Source: Verrucomicrobiota bacterium (GTDB lineage Bacteria > Verrucomicrobiota > Verrucomicrobiia > CAIQCK01). From it: a stretch of 64,000 nt of DNA. Each line of letters opens with the position of its first letter. The first letter of the stretch is position 1. The position numbers and the translations under genes are program-made. Under the pieces are notes generated by a model, which saw nothing but the letters and a program-made list of their open reading frames with translations, did not search any database and was not told the DNA's origin. The stretch lies in assembly GCA_016235595.1 (NCBI GenBank), contig JACRJX010000025.1, positions 228,765 through 292,764 on the forward strand, written 5' to 3'. Positions 30,847-40,095 of this stretch are shown here, piece after piece.

Positions 30847-32544
30847 ATGAAAATCACTCGGAGCAAGTTTCTGCGCATGGCGGCTGGAGCGGTCGCTTAC
30901 ACATCGTTGGGACGCCACGCGAGAGTGTTTGCCGCGGGTGGACGGACGGCGGACTTGGTGCTCACAGGCGGTGTGATCACCACAATGAACGACGCGAAGC
31001 CGTTCGCGTCAGCCATGGCAGTCAGGGACGGCAAGGTGCTGGCTGTGGGCACCGACCTGGAGCTATCCGACTGCATCGCAAACAGGACACACGTGATCAA
31101 GTTGGCCGGACGGGGCGTCAGTCCCGGTTTGATTGACGCGCATAGTCACCCGATGGCCTATGGACACATGGAGTTGATGTTCGTCATCATCCGACCGCCG
31201 AAGGTCACCGATTTCGATTCGCTGAAGAAAACGCTCAGCCATGCGGCCAAGTCCGTCCCGGAGGGCGAGTGGATCGTGGCGCGCGGGTTTCAAGACTTCA
31301 AGGAGGGCCATTTCCCCGGCCGGGCTGTTTTGGACGAGGCGGTGCCGAAGCACCCGGTGCTGACGATTCATTGGAGCGGCCAGTATGGGGTGGCGAATAC
31401 GGCGGCGTTGAAGAAAGCGGGCCTGTTCAGCGCGGATGTTGAAGATCCCTACGGTGGCAAATTTGTGCGTGAGCGGACGACCGGTCTGCCGAACGGCGTC
31501 CTGATCCATTACCCGGCCATCTACGCGGTCTACAAGCCCGTGCTGAACGAGCAGGAAATGCTGAAGTGCATCCGTTGGGCCGTGCAACAATTCCACAGCG
31601 CGGGCGTCACCTGCATCCACGACAACTTTATCCTGCCGCAGTACAACAAGAACTACGTGAAGCTGGAACGCGAGGGTGACCTGAATATGCGGATTCGGCT
31701 GTACCCGTATATAGCCAATCTCCAGCAAGCCGAGACGGTGCTGGCCAAGATGGTTCACTACCGCGGCTCGCTGGTCCGTGTTCAGGGTATCAAGCTGGCT
31801 GTGGATGGCTACGCGCTCATGTACGAGTCCCAGCCCGAGCACCAGCACATCGCGTTGCCGATGCATCCACAGCCGATTTTCGAGCAGATCATCACCGCGA
31901 TTCACCGGGGCGACTGGCAGGTGGATGTTCACGCCGCGGGTGACAAGGGTGTGGACTGGACACTGCAAGCGTTTGAGAAGGCGGCTGGCGGCGTGCGTCA
32001 AGCCCGCGAACGACGGCACCGCATCGAGCATTTCGCCTTCCGAAAACTCGACTCGATCCGCAAAGCCGCCGAGATGAACGTGCCCGTCTGCGTCCAGCCC
32101 ACGTTGATGGATTTTCGTGTGGATGATTTCACCCGCCGGTTGGGAAGCCCCGTAAAGAAATACATGGGAACCATCGTCCCCACGCGGACGTTTCTCCAGC
32201 AGGGCGTGCCTCTCGCGTTTGGCGCTGACGTGCCGGCGTTTCCTTACTTCGCGCCGCTGGACTCCATCCGCTGCGCCATGAGCCGCAAGACCCACTCAGG
32301 CCGCCAACTGGACACGACCGAATCCATCTCGTTCCTGGAAGCGCTGAAAGTCCACACTCGCGGCAGCGCCTACGCCGCCTTTGATGAAACGGAACTGGGC
32401 AGTCTGGAACCGGGCAAGACAGCCGATTTCGTCATCTGGGACAAGGACCTGCGCAATGTGAAGACACCCGACGACGTGAGCAATCTCCACGTGCGCGCCA
32501 CCTACCTCGCAGGCCGCTGCGTTTATCAAGCCAAGGAAACGTAG
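30847..32544 (+). CDS. Amidohydrolase-3 (YtcJ-like) with Tat-like leader
   Basis: PGLIDAHSH, HAAGD, RHRIEH, FGAD, GSLEPGKTADF; GAGGAGG RBS. Confidence 0.9.
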   Translation: MKITRSKFLRMAAGAVAYTSLGRHARVFAAGGRTADLVLTGGVITTMNDAKPFASAMAVRDGKVLAVGTDLELSDCIANRTHVIKLAGRGVSPGLIDAHSHPMAYGHMELMFVIIRPPKVTDFDSLKKTLSHAAKSVPEGEWIVARGFQDFKEGHFPGRAVLDEAVPKHPVLTIHWSGQYGVANTAALKKAGLFSADVEDPYGGKFVRERTTGLPNGVLIHYPAIYAVYKPVLNEQEMLKCIRWAVQQFHSAGVTCIHDNFILPQYNKNYVKLEREGDLNMRIRLYPYIANLQQAETVLAKMVHYRGSLVRVQGIKLAVDGYALMYESQPEHQHIALPMHPQPIFEQIITAIHRGDWQVDVHAAGDKGVDWTLQAFEKAAGGVRQARERRHRIEHFAFRKLDSIRKAAEMNVPVCVQPTLMDFRVDDFTRRLGSPVKKYMGTIVPTRTFLQQGVPLAFGADVPAFPYFAPLDSIRCAMSRKTHSGRQLDTTESISFLEALKVHTRGSAYAAFDETELGSLEPGKTADFVIWDKDLRNVKTPDDVSNLHVRATYLAGRCVYQAKET

Positions 32545-32651
32545 ACTTCGGCGCGACCGTCCTCTCCCTCACCCGCTGCCAATGGACTTGACACGCCGGT
32601 AACACGTCGCCAGCCTTTAGTACGGTTGGCCACCAGATTAAACTAATCCTC

Positions 32652-33050
32652 ATGAAACTACCTGATCTCCTGAAACTGGCTACCGATTTCTCAGCAGAAA
32701 TAGACCGTCTATGGACGATCTTCCTCATGGTGAATCTTGCCATCGTGGGCTGGTCGATCGTGCAAGCCAAGAGTATATCCGTCGTGCCCATGATATTCGG
32801 AATGGTCGCATACTGCGGCGTCATGGTTGTCCTATACTTGGCAATGCACCCCAAATACCTTTTGTACAGAAGCCTGCAGATCGAGATTCACAAACAAGTT
32901 CTCCAGGAAGACTTCCAATCGGTTGAGCTTAAGGATCTGCTTTCCAATTATGGAGCATTCTTCCAGGAAGGCAAAAGGCTGCTTCTATTCTTCGTCGGAA
33001 TCGCGACAGTGACCGTTCTGCTCTTGTTCGTAATAAAACTAGGCCTTTGA
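32652..33050 (+). CDS. Small low-GC membrane protein of unknown function
   Basis: 132-aa ORF with three hydrophobic segments filling the intergenic gap; AT-richer than its neighbours. Confidence 0.7.
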   Translation: MKLPDLLKLATDFSAEIDRLWTIFLMVNLAIVGWSIVQAKSISVVPMIFGMVAYCGVMVVLYLAMHPKYLLYRSLQIEIHKQVLQEDFQSVELKDLLSNYGAFFQEGKRLLLFFVGIATVTVLLLFVIKLGL

Positions 33051-33148
33051 GTAAGCGCAGCGTCGTAGGAGGTGGCGCCAGAGCGCGTGAACAGACCCAG
33101 CTATCTGCTCGCCTTTGGCGGCGAACACGTTTAATGGTTGCGCCCGTC

Positions 33149-36100
33149 ATGTTCAGCAAACGACCGCAATGGTTCTGGGCCACTCTTACGGTGGCGTTTG
33201 TGTTTGGAGGATTTGCCGCAAAAGCCGCACCCCCGGAGCGCGGTTTACATAGCGCCGAGGAGATAGCGATCATGCGGGAAAATATCGCGCGCCATCCTTG
33301 GGCGCAGGCACAGGTGAAGGCGGCCCGCAAGGCGGCGGACAAGTGGGCGGCCATGACAGACGACGCGCTGCGGGAAATGGTGACGCCGCCGGAGGTGCCT
33401 CGGGCGTTTCGCGCGCATGAGAAGGGTTGCCCGGTGCATGGGCAGGAAGTCTACAGGCATGGCGGTTACCCGTGGATCCTGTCGCTGGAAACACCTTGGA
33501 AGGTAAAATGCCCCGTCGGCGGCGAACTCTACCCGTCGAACGACTTTGGCGCTTTTCTCAAGTCGGGACTGAAGGACCGGTCGTTGCTGACCGGCCCTTA
33601 CGCCGACGACGGCTGGGGTTGGCGCAAAACCGAGAAGGGTGCGAAGTATTGGTTCATCGCGTATTACAACCACTGGGCGATTTGGGAACGCGGCGTGTTG
33701 AGCGCGTTGCAGCAACTGGCAAACGCGTATCTGCTCACGGACGATGCTCGCTACGCGCACAAGACGGCGGTGCTGTTGCTGAAGATTGCCGAGTATTATC
33801 CGCGTTACGACCACGGGCCGCAGTCGCGCTATGGCACGGAGATCAACAGGAGTTACAAAGGCAAAATCCTGAATGCCATCTGGGAGACGCGGACGGTAAC
33901 GCAGTTTGCCCAGGCCTACGACGCAATCCATCCGGCGCTGGTGGCGGACGAGGGGTTGCAGCGGCAAAGCGGCTTGAGCGCGCGGCAGATCGCGGAGCGG
34001 ATCGAGACGAACATTCTGCGCGACGGCGCGCATCACGTGATGGTGACGGGCAAGGTGCGCGGCAACTTCGGAATGCATCAGGAGACGTTGCTGAGCATCG
34101 CGCTCGCGCTGCACGAAACAACCGGCCAGCCGACGCGCGACGACATGGTGCGCTGGGTGATGGAAAGCCGCGGCGCAGGCGTCACGCTCAACGTCAGCGA
34201 TGCGATCTATAACCTGGTGTTTCGCGACGGCGTGCCGGAGGAGTCGCCCTCCTATAATATGGGCTGGGTGAGCAATCTCACCGACGTTGCCCGGCTGTTG
34301 AAGCGCGCAGGCATGGATTTGTCTCGCGAGCCGAAGTTTCGGCAACTCTACGATTGGCCGTTGGACATGGCCGTGCTCGGCAAGCTGACGCCGCCGCTGG
34401 GCGACACGAGCGACATGTTCGCTGGCCGTGTCGGCTGGTCGCCGCCGCTCTACCTCCAGGCGTTTCGCGCCTACCGCAATCCGCGTCACGCACGGATCGT
34501 CGTGGACGGCAAAGGCAGGATCGTCAGCCGCGACATCTTCGAGCGTCCGCTGGACGAAGACATCCAGCGCGCCGCAGCGACAATCACCGAGCCGCTGGGC
34601 ACGCGCAGCAAGCTCTTTCCCGGCTACGGTTTCGCGACGCTGCAACAGGGCGGCACCAACGGCGTGGCAGCGACGTTGAGTTTCCCGCAATATCACGGCC
34701 ATCGTCACGCCGACTTCCTCGACCTCGGCCTCTACGCCAACGGCAAGTCGCTCGTGCCCGACTTCGGTTATCCGGAAACGGCCAGCGCGGATGATCCGCG
34801 GCGCGCGGGATTTTTCTGCCACACAGTCTCGCACAATACGATATTGGTGGACGGGCAGTGTCAGACGTTCGCTTCGCCCTATCGCTTGCACGCCTACGAC
34901 ACGACGCCAGTGCTGCAACGTGTGGACGTGTCGGTGCCGGGCGTCTATCCGGCCAAAGCCAAAGCGTATCGCCGCTGCGTGGCGTTGGTGCCGATGGACG
35001 ACACGCACGCCTACGTCGCCGACTTTTTCCACGTCGCGGGAGGCCGGCAACACGACTGGCTGGTTCACGGCAGTCACGCCGAGTTTCGCACTGACGACCT
35101 GAAACTACCGGTCGCCGCTCAAGGCACCGTCGCCGGACCGGACGTGCCCTGCGGTTTCTTCTACGATGACAAACGCCTCCAGAACCTGCCCGAAGGCTCA
35201 GGCTACGGCGGTTATCGCGGCAGCGGATTTCAGTTCCTCACCAAGCCACAGACGTTGAAGAGCGCGCCCGGTGTCTATCGAGCGGAATGGCGTTGGACGC
35301 GCGACACGACACCTGCGCATTTTTCGTTGTGGTGCGTCGGTGAAGACGAATCCGCGACCGTCTGCTCCGGGAAGCCGCAGAACCGCAGATCGAATCCTGA
35401 CGAGGTGAAGTTCCTGATCCGCCGCCGCTCCACAGAAGGTGAAGGTGGCTTGGAAAGCGTTTTTGCTTCGGTATTCGAACCATTCGCGGACGCGCCCAGG
35501 ATCGCGCGGGTCGAGCGCGTGAAACTGTCGCCGTCGCTGGCCGATGCGATTGCGTTGTGTGTGAAGCTGCCGGGGCGGACGGACTGGATCGTCTTCAACG
35601 CCAGTGGCGGGACCGTGACAACCTCCAATGGCATTCGCGTCAGCGGCGAGTTCGCATGGCTGTCGCTGGACGAGAGCGGCCAAGTGCGGCAGGCGTATGT
35701 GGCGCATGGCGGCTCGCTGCGATTCGGCAAGCTCGATCTGGCAGCGCCCGCAGTGTCGCTGAAGGTCGTCAGCGCAGACTGGAGCCAACACGCCGTCACG
35801 CTCAACAGCGAGATTCCGAAGGGCGTGGAGGCTGGCCAGACGGTGATGTTTGGCGAAGGTCGTTACGCCTACGAGATTCGCGGCGTGGACCGCAAGACGC
35901 GGCGAATCGAGTTGGGTGATCAGGACTGCGTCGTGGCGCGCGGAGACGCGGCCAGGATTGAAATGCGGGATTCAGGATCAGAAATGCGAACCTCCGCCAC
36001 GATGCCGCATGCGCGAGCCGGAATGCACCTCCTTGACGAAACGCGCACGCAAAGCTGGCGGATTCTGGAGATGGGCGGCGGCAAACTCACGCTATCACGC

Positions 36101-36196
36101 GGCAACGCGTGGCCCCAGAATGCGAAGCGTTTCCTGATTACGGACTACGGCCCGGATGACGTCGTGGCCTTTTCCACGCCCACAGTTCTGAAGTAA
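33149..36196 (+). CDS. Heparinase II/III-family polysaccharide lyase-like protein
   Basis: Signal peptide; AYLLTDDARYAHK, GNFGMHQ, EESPSYN, HGHRHADFLDLGLY, DFGYP, SHNTILVDG. Confidence 0.85.
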   Translation: MFSKRPQWFWATLTVAFVFGGFAAKAAPPERGLHSAEEIAIMRENIARHPWAQAQVKAARKAADKWAAMTDDALREMVTPPEVPRAFRAHEKGCPVHGQEVYRHGGYPWILSLETPWKVKCPVGGELYPSNDFGAFLKSGLKDRSLLTGPYADDGWGWRKTEKGAKYWFIAYYNHWAIWERGVLSALQQLANAYLLTDDARYAHKTAVLLLKIAEYYPRYDHGPQSRYGTEINRSYKGKILNAIWETRTVTQFAQAYDAIHPALVADEGLQRQSGLSARQIAERIETNILRDGAHHVMVTGKVRGNFGMHQETLLSIALALHETTGQPTRDDMVRWVMESRGAGVTLNVSDAIYNLVFRDGVPEESPSYNMGWVSNLTDVARLLKRAGMDLSREPKFRQLYDWPLDMAVLGKLTPPLGDTSDMFAGRVGWSPPLYLQAFRAYRNPRHARIVVDGKGRIVSRDIFERPLDEDIQRAAATITEPLGTRSKLFPGYGFATLQQGGTNGVAATLSFPQYHGHRHADFLDLGLYANGKSLVPDFGYPETASADDPRRAGFFCHTVSHNTILVDGQCQTFASPYRLHAYDTTPVLQRVDVSVPGVYPAKAKAYRRCVALVPMDDTHAYVADFFHVAGGRQHDWLVHGSHAEFRTDDLKLPVAAQGTVAGPDVPCGFFYDDKRLQNLPEGSGYGGYRGSGFQFLTKPQTLKSAPGVYRAEWRWTRDTTPAHFSLWCVGEDESATVCSGKPQNRRSNPDEVKFLIRRRSTEGEGGLESVFASVFEPFADAPRIARVERVKLSPSLADAIALCVKLPGRTDWIVFNASGGTVTTSNGIRVSGEFAWLSLDESGQVRQAYVAHGGSLRFGKLDLAAPAVSLKVVSADWSQHAVTLNSEIPKGVEAGQTVMFGEGRYAYEIRGVDRKTRRIELGDQDCVVARGDAARIEMRDSGSEMRTSATMPHARAGMHLLDETRTQSWRILEMGGGKLTLSRGNAWPQNAKRFLITDYGPDDVVAFSTPTVLK

Positions 36197-36401
36197 AAGT
36201 GGACCTCGGTCACAAAGCGTCCGGATTGTAGCATGCGTCCGCTCACAGGCTGTCGCCATGTCCGCCGAGCCGGCAACGGCATTTCCTCGTGTTGGCGCCG
36301 GCACTTTTCCGTTTGACCGTTTGGGCGCACCGTCGCACGATGCGGAGCGCGATGAATGGAGTGCATGGCAGAGAGAGGGAGGTTTTCTTCTGAGAAGAAC
36401 C

Positions 36402-37646
36402 TTGATCAAGGTTTGGGCGCTGCTCGTATTGGTGGGACCATTGTCATCCTCCAAGGCGCAGGTGGACTACAGCCAGGCCCTTCAACAATACACCAGCGCC
36501 ATCGAATCGAGTTCCGGCTCTGCCGAGGCGTATTGGCGGCGGGGAAATGTTTACTGGGAGAAAGGCGACTACAGCCTCGCCCTTCAGGATTACAACAGCT
36601 CGATTGCAGCCGACCCGGGCTACAGCCTGGCCTACCTGGGACGCGGCAACGTGTATGTCCGCCAGGGCAATTACGGCCAGGCAGTTCAGGAATACAACCA
36701 AGCCATCGCGATCCAGCCAACATTGGTGGACGCTTACTATAATCGCGGTGTCGCGTATCGCGCGGAGGGCGATCTGGATTCAGCCATTCAGAGTTTTGAC
36801 CGCGCCATCGAGTTGAACCCGAACTTTGCCGAAGCCTACAGCAACCGCGCTCAAGCTTACAGCCAGCAAGGCGACTACGAGAGTGCCATCCAGAATTACA
36901 CACAAGCGCTGGCGCTGAATCCAAATCTGGCGGAAGCCAGTTGGGGACGCGGAAACGCTTACTGGGAGACCGGCGATTACGACCTGGCGTACCAGGATTA
37001 CAACCGCACCATTGAACTGGCACCGAATAACCCGCTGGGGTATCTGGGCCGCGGCAATGCGGATTTTTGCAGAGGCAACTACGACCTTGCGGTGGATGAC
37101 TACAGCCGCGCCATCACGCTGCAACCCAATTTCGCCGACGCCTACAACAATCGCGGTGTCGCGTATCGCGCCGAGGGCGATCTGGACCGCGCCATCCAGG
37201 ACCTGACGCGCGCCATCGAATTGAAACCCGACTCCGCGGAAGCCTACTACAACCGCGGCCTCGCGTATCGCGACAAGGGCGATCTGGAGCGCGCCCTCCA
37301 GGACTTCAAGCGCGCCATTGCATTGAACCCAAAGCTGGCCGAGGCATTGAACAATCGTGGCATATCCCTGAGCGACAACAAGGTGGATCACGACCAAGCC
37401 ATCAAAGACCTCAGCCGGGCTGCTGAATTGGGCCCCGCCTCTGTCAGAGGTTCGCGCGCATGGGCGGGCAAGAATCATGCAAAGGTTGCCGGCTTGCACG
37501 TTGCGACGAACACCAAGCATGCGGGTCGGGATGCGAAAGCGTCAGCAGACAGCGGCAGGTGGAGGCACGGTTTATTATGGATGGCGCCTGTGGCGGCTGC
37601 CGGCATCCTCATATTCGTGTTCGTACGCCATCGCACCAAGCAGTGA
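36402..37646 (+). CDS. Exported TPR-repeat protein with C-terminal membrane anchor
   Basis: About nine 34-aa AY.NRG...A..D...AI.L.P repeats; signal peptide from TTG 36402 (start uncertain); TM plus RHRTKQ end. Confidence 0.88.
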   Translation: MIKVWALLVLVGPLSSSKAQVDYSQALQQYTSAIESSSGSAEAYWRRGNVYWEKGDYSLALQDYNSSIAADPGYSLAYLGRGNVYVRQGNYGQAVQEYNQAIAIQPTLVDAYYNRGVAYRAEGDLDSAIQSFDRAIELNPNFAEAYSNRAQAYSQQGDYESAIQNYTQALALNPNLAEASWGRGNAYWETGDYDLAYQDYNRTIELAPNNPLGYLGRGNADFCRGNYDLAVDDYSRAITLQPNFADAYNNRGVAYRAEGDLDRAIQDLTRAIELKPDSAEAYYNRGLAYRDKGDLERALQDFKRAIALNPKLAEALNNRGISLSDNKVDHDQAIKDLSRAAELGPASVRGSRAWAGKNHAKVAGLHVATNTKHAGRDAKASADSGRWRHGLLWMAPVAAAGILIFVFVRHRTKQ

Positions 37647-37835
37647 GCGAACCTCCCGGGATTCCCATGTGCCGGGAAACTTCCCTCGATATTGCCGCCG
37701 CCTGCAGAAAACGTCGCAAGTGACCCCTGTCGGGAAAACCAAAAGAGAGTCGCAGGATATTCACTTACCCAGAAAAGATTTGCCAAAAGACGGTTTATTG
37801 GACATTCTTCAGTCATCTTCAGTTGAGGCAAAACC

Positions 37836-38456
37836 ATGAAACCGAGAGCCTTGAGATGGGTAATAGCCGCAGCCATGGTGGCTGGCGTGATGAGCACGCA
37901 AGCCGCTCCTTGGCTTGGCCTGGTAAAAACCGGCACGTCATCGCAAAACAGCGATACCATTTTCCTGGGCACACTGACTTTCAGCATGGATCTGCGTGCG
38001 AACACCGATGGCAATCCAGTGGGTGCGTTGGAGTACTATATCGTCACCTCGCCTGCGGATGCTGTCACCTATGGCACGACACCCCTGACGGCCTTGAACA
38101 ATCCGTTCGTCGCGGCGGACATGACCGGCCTCGGGCAGTCACCGACGGCCGGTGCCACGGTCAATTCGGTTTGGGCGGCCAACACCGTCTGGTTTAAAGC
38201 GGGCGAGCCTGATTACAGCGCTTTTTCCGACCAGTCCATCGGCACCTATCAGTTCAATGTCAGTTCGCTCGCGATGGGCTCCTACGTGTTCACACCGGTG
38301 GGAACGGTTCTGGCGTACGGGTCTGTGGAAATCAATACGTTTGCGACGCCCGGCTCGTTTGAGTTGATAGTCGTGCCTGAGCCTGGCACATGGACGCTGC
38401 TGGCTTGCGGGGGCCTGATGGCGGCCTGGCGGAATCGCCGGCGCAGTTCGCGCTGA
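37836..38456 (+). CDS. PEP-CTERM sorting-domain protein
   Basis: Signal peptide; C-terminal VPEPGTWTLLACGGLMAAWRNRRR. Confidence 0.93.
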   Translation: MKPRALRWVIAAAMVAGVMSTQAAPWLGLVKTGTSSQNSDTIFLGTLTFSMDLRANTDGNPVGALEYYIVTSPADAVTYGTTPLTALNNPFVAADMTGLGQSPTAGATVNSVWAANTVWFKAGEPDYSAFSDQSIGTYQFNVSSLAMGSYVFTPVGTVLAYGSVEINTFATPGSFELIVVPEPGTWTLLACGGLMAAWRNRRRSSR

Positions 38457-38579
38457 ACGCCGCTGCCGCTCCCGCTGACCCTGCGGCGGGTATGTCTTCG
38501 CGCTCCCTCTGCTGGAAATCGCCGTGGCGATTCGTGATGATTGCGAATCGCGTTCAACTTGGTCGAATCGCATTTTGCT

Positions 38580-39350
38580 GTGAGTGGGTTCTTCTATAAC
38601 CTCGGACGCCATGTGGGCCGTGCCGCTGTGCCAACCATCCGCAAGTCCAAGTGGATTTGGGATGGCCTGACCGGCACTGAAGAGGAGGCGTTGCGCGCTG
38701 AAGCGGCCTTTGGCAGCGCACTCGCTATCGAACTTCGGGCCGCCACGGAGCGGGTAAATGATCCACACATAACAGCTCTTCTCAGCGAGCTGTGCGGGCG
38801 GTTGGCCGGATGTGTGCGAGACAAACGCCGCGCTTTCCGCTGTGAGGCGATTCACGACGGTTCTCCAAACGCCATGGCACTGCCCGGAGGTTTTATCTTC
38901 GTCAGCGACTCGCTGGTGGATCTCTGCGAGCGCCGCCCGGAAGAGCTGGCGTTTATCATCGGTCATGAGATGGCGCACGTCATCCGCGAGCACGCATGGA
39001 ATCGGATGTTGAACCAGGCAGTCTCGCGCGCCGTGTCGGTCATTGCCGCGCGCGCCGGTCCTTTGGGCGGCTGGTTGCGCCAGAAGGGCATCGTGCTTCT
39101 GCAGAGCGCCCACTCCCAGGACAACGAACAAGAGGCGGACGAACTGGGTCTTCATCTCGCAGCCGCAGCCGGTTTTGCGCCCGGAGGCGCCATCGCGTTG
39201 CTGCAACGCATCGAGCGACTCGGACCCAAGCACATGGAGTTTGGCCAGTATTTTTCCTCCCATCCACCCGCCAGCGAGCGCATGACGCGGCTGGCGCCGC
39301 TTTGCCGGCAACTGGCGCCAGGCCGTCCTTCATCTGCGAATCCAAGTTGA
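38580..39350 (+). CDS. M48-family zinc metallopeptidase
   Basis: NAMALPGG, IGHEMAH, EQEAD, SSHPP...R; GTG start at 38580 assumed. Confidence 0.9.
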   Translation: MSGFFYNLGRHVGRAAVPTIRKSKWIWDGLTGTEEEALRAEAAFGSALAIELRAATERVNDPHITALLSELCGRLAGCVRDKRRAFRCEAIHDGSPNAMALPGGFIFVSDSLVDLCERRPEELAFIIGHEMAHVIREHAWNRMLNQAVSRAVSVIAARAGPLGGWLRQKGIVLLQSAHSQDNEQEADELGLHLAAAAGFAPGGAIALLQRIERLGPKHMEFGQYFSSHPPASERMTRLAPLCRQLAPGRPSSANPS

Positions 39351-39374
39351 CCCCCGAGCCACTCGCACGGAGCA

Positions 39375-39773
39375 TCAGGGTTTCTCGTTTTCTTGCTTGG
39401 GCTTCAGCAGCGACTCCAGCTTGTCAAAAGGATTGGTAACCAACGGCGGCGGCGTCTTATCGGGCGTCCTCTGCCCCTCGTAATACTTGCCGATCAGCGA
39501 CTTTTCGTGTTCGTGATCGTGACAATAGATACAGAGCAATTCCCAGTTGCTGCCGTCGGTGGGATTGTTGTCGTGGTTGTGATCCCGGTGATGGACCGTG
39601 AGTTCTCGCAGGCGCTTCCCGGAGAACTCGCGGCCACAACTTGCGCAGATGTGCGGGAAAATCTTGAGTGCCTGCTCTCGATATCCCTGCTGTCGAATTT
39701 CCTGCTCACGCAGAATCTCGGCGAGCAGTTTTTTATGTCCGTCGGTATTGGCTGGCGGTTTGTTGTGAGACAT
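39375..39773 (-). CDS. yajD: YajD-family HNH nuclease
   Basis: YREQALKIFPHICASCGREF...LTVHHRDHNHDNNPTDGSNWELLCIYCHDHEH. Confidence 0.92.
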   Translation of the reverse strand: MSHNKPPANTDGHKKLLAEILREQEIRQQGYREQALKIFPHICASCGREFSGKRLRELTVHHRDHNHDNNPTDGSNWELLCIYCHDHEHEKSLIGKYYEGQRTPDKTPPPLVTNPFDKLESLLKPKQENEKP

Positions 39774-39793
39774 TGTTGTAAACCACGGTGACT

Positions 39794-39961
39794 CTACTTG
39801 AAGCTGGCGGAAATCAGACTGCCCAAGGTTATTCCCAAAATGACGCTCCCCCACGGAGAGCTCGTGATCATTCATCCTCCCGAATGACAGCCGACGAACT
39901 TGTAATAGAGAAAACCACCCGCACCACCAACCACAGCGCCGATGATGAGTTTGATAATCAT
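39794..39961 (-). CDS. DUF6132-like small two-TM protein with in-frame UGA (candidate selenoprotein)
   Basis: MIIKLIIGAVVGGAGGFLYYKFVGCHSGG-[TGA]-MITSSPWGSVILGITLGSLISASFK-TAG; the TGA (39872-39874) occupies the second Cys of the family motif GCxxGxC-x-ITSxP. Confidence 0.75.
39836..39874 (-). promoter_or_regulatory. Candidate bacterial SECIS element
   Basis: After UGA: AUGAUCACGA-GCUCUCC-GUG-GGGGAGC-GUCAU; apical loop begins with G 17 nt after UGA; lower AUGA/UCAU pairing. Confidence 0.55.
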
Positions 39962-40058
39962 GACTCGTCTCAATCCATGAACCACAGGGCTTTGGAAGAT
40001 TAGCACACCGCGCGCTTGCGCTCAATCCCCTCCCCTGCCCATCCGGCCCGCCGCTGCG

Positions 40059-40088
40059 TTGACAACCCCTCACGCGGCTTCCTATACT
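40059..40088 (+). promoter_or_regulatory. Leaderless-type sigma70 promoter of galE
   Basis: TTGACA-18-TATACT, 7 nt before ATG, no SD. Confidence 0.75.
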
Positions 40089-40095
40089 CTGCGGT

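Noticed and set aside
27362-33050. Intact integrative element at tRNA-Asn
   Set aside because: No integrase and no duplicated tRNA 3-prime end found by eye
39794-39885. Re-initiation at the ATG right after the UGA using GGAGGA as SD
   Set aside because: Only 3 nt spacing, and it would split a conserved motif; readthrough or nonsense mutation fit better
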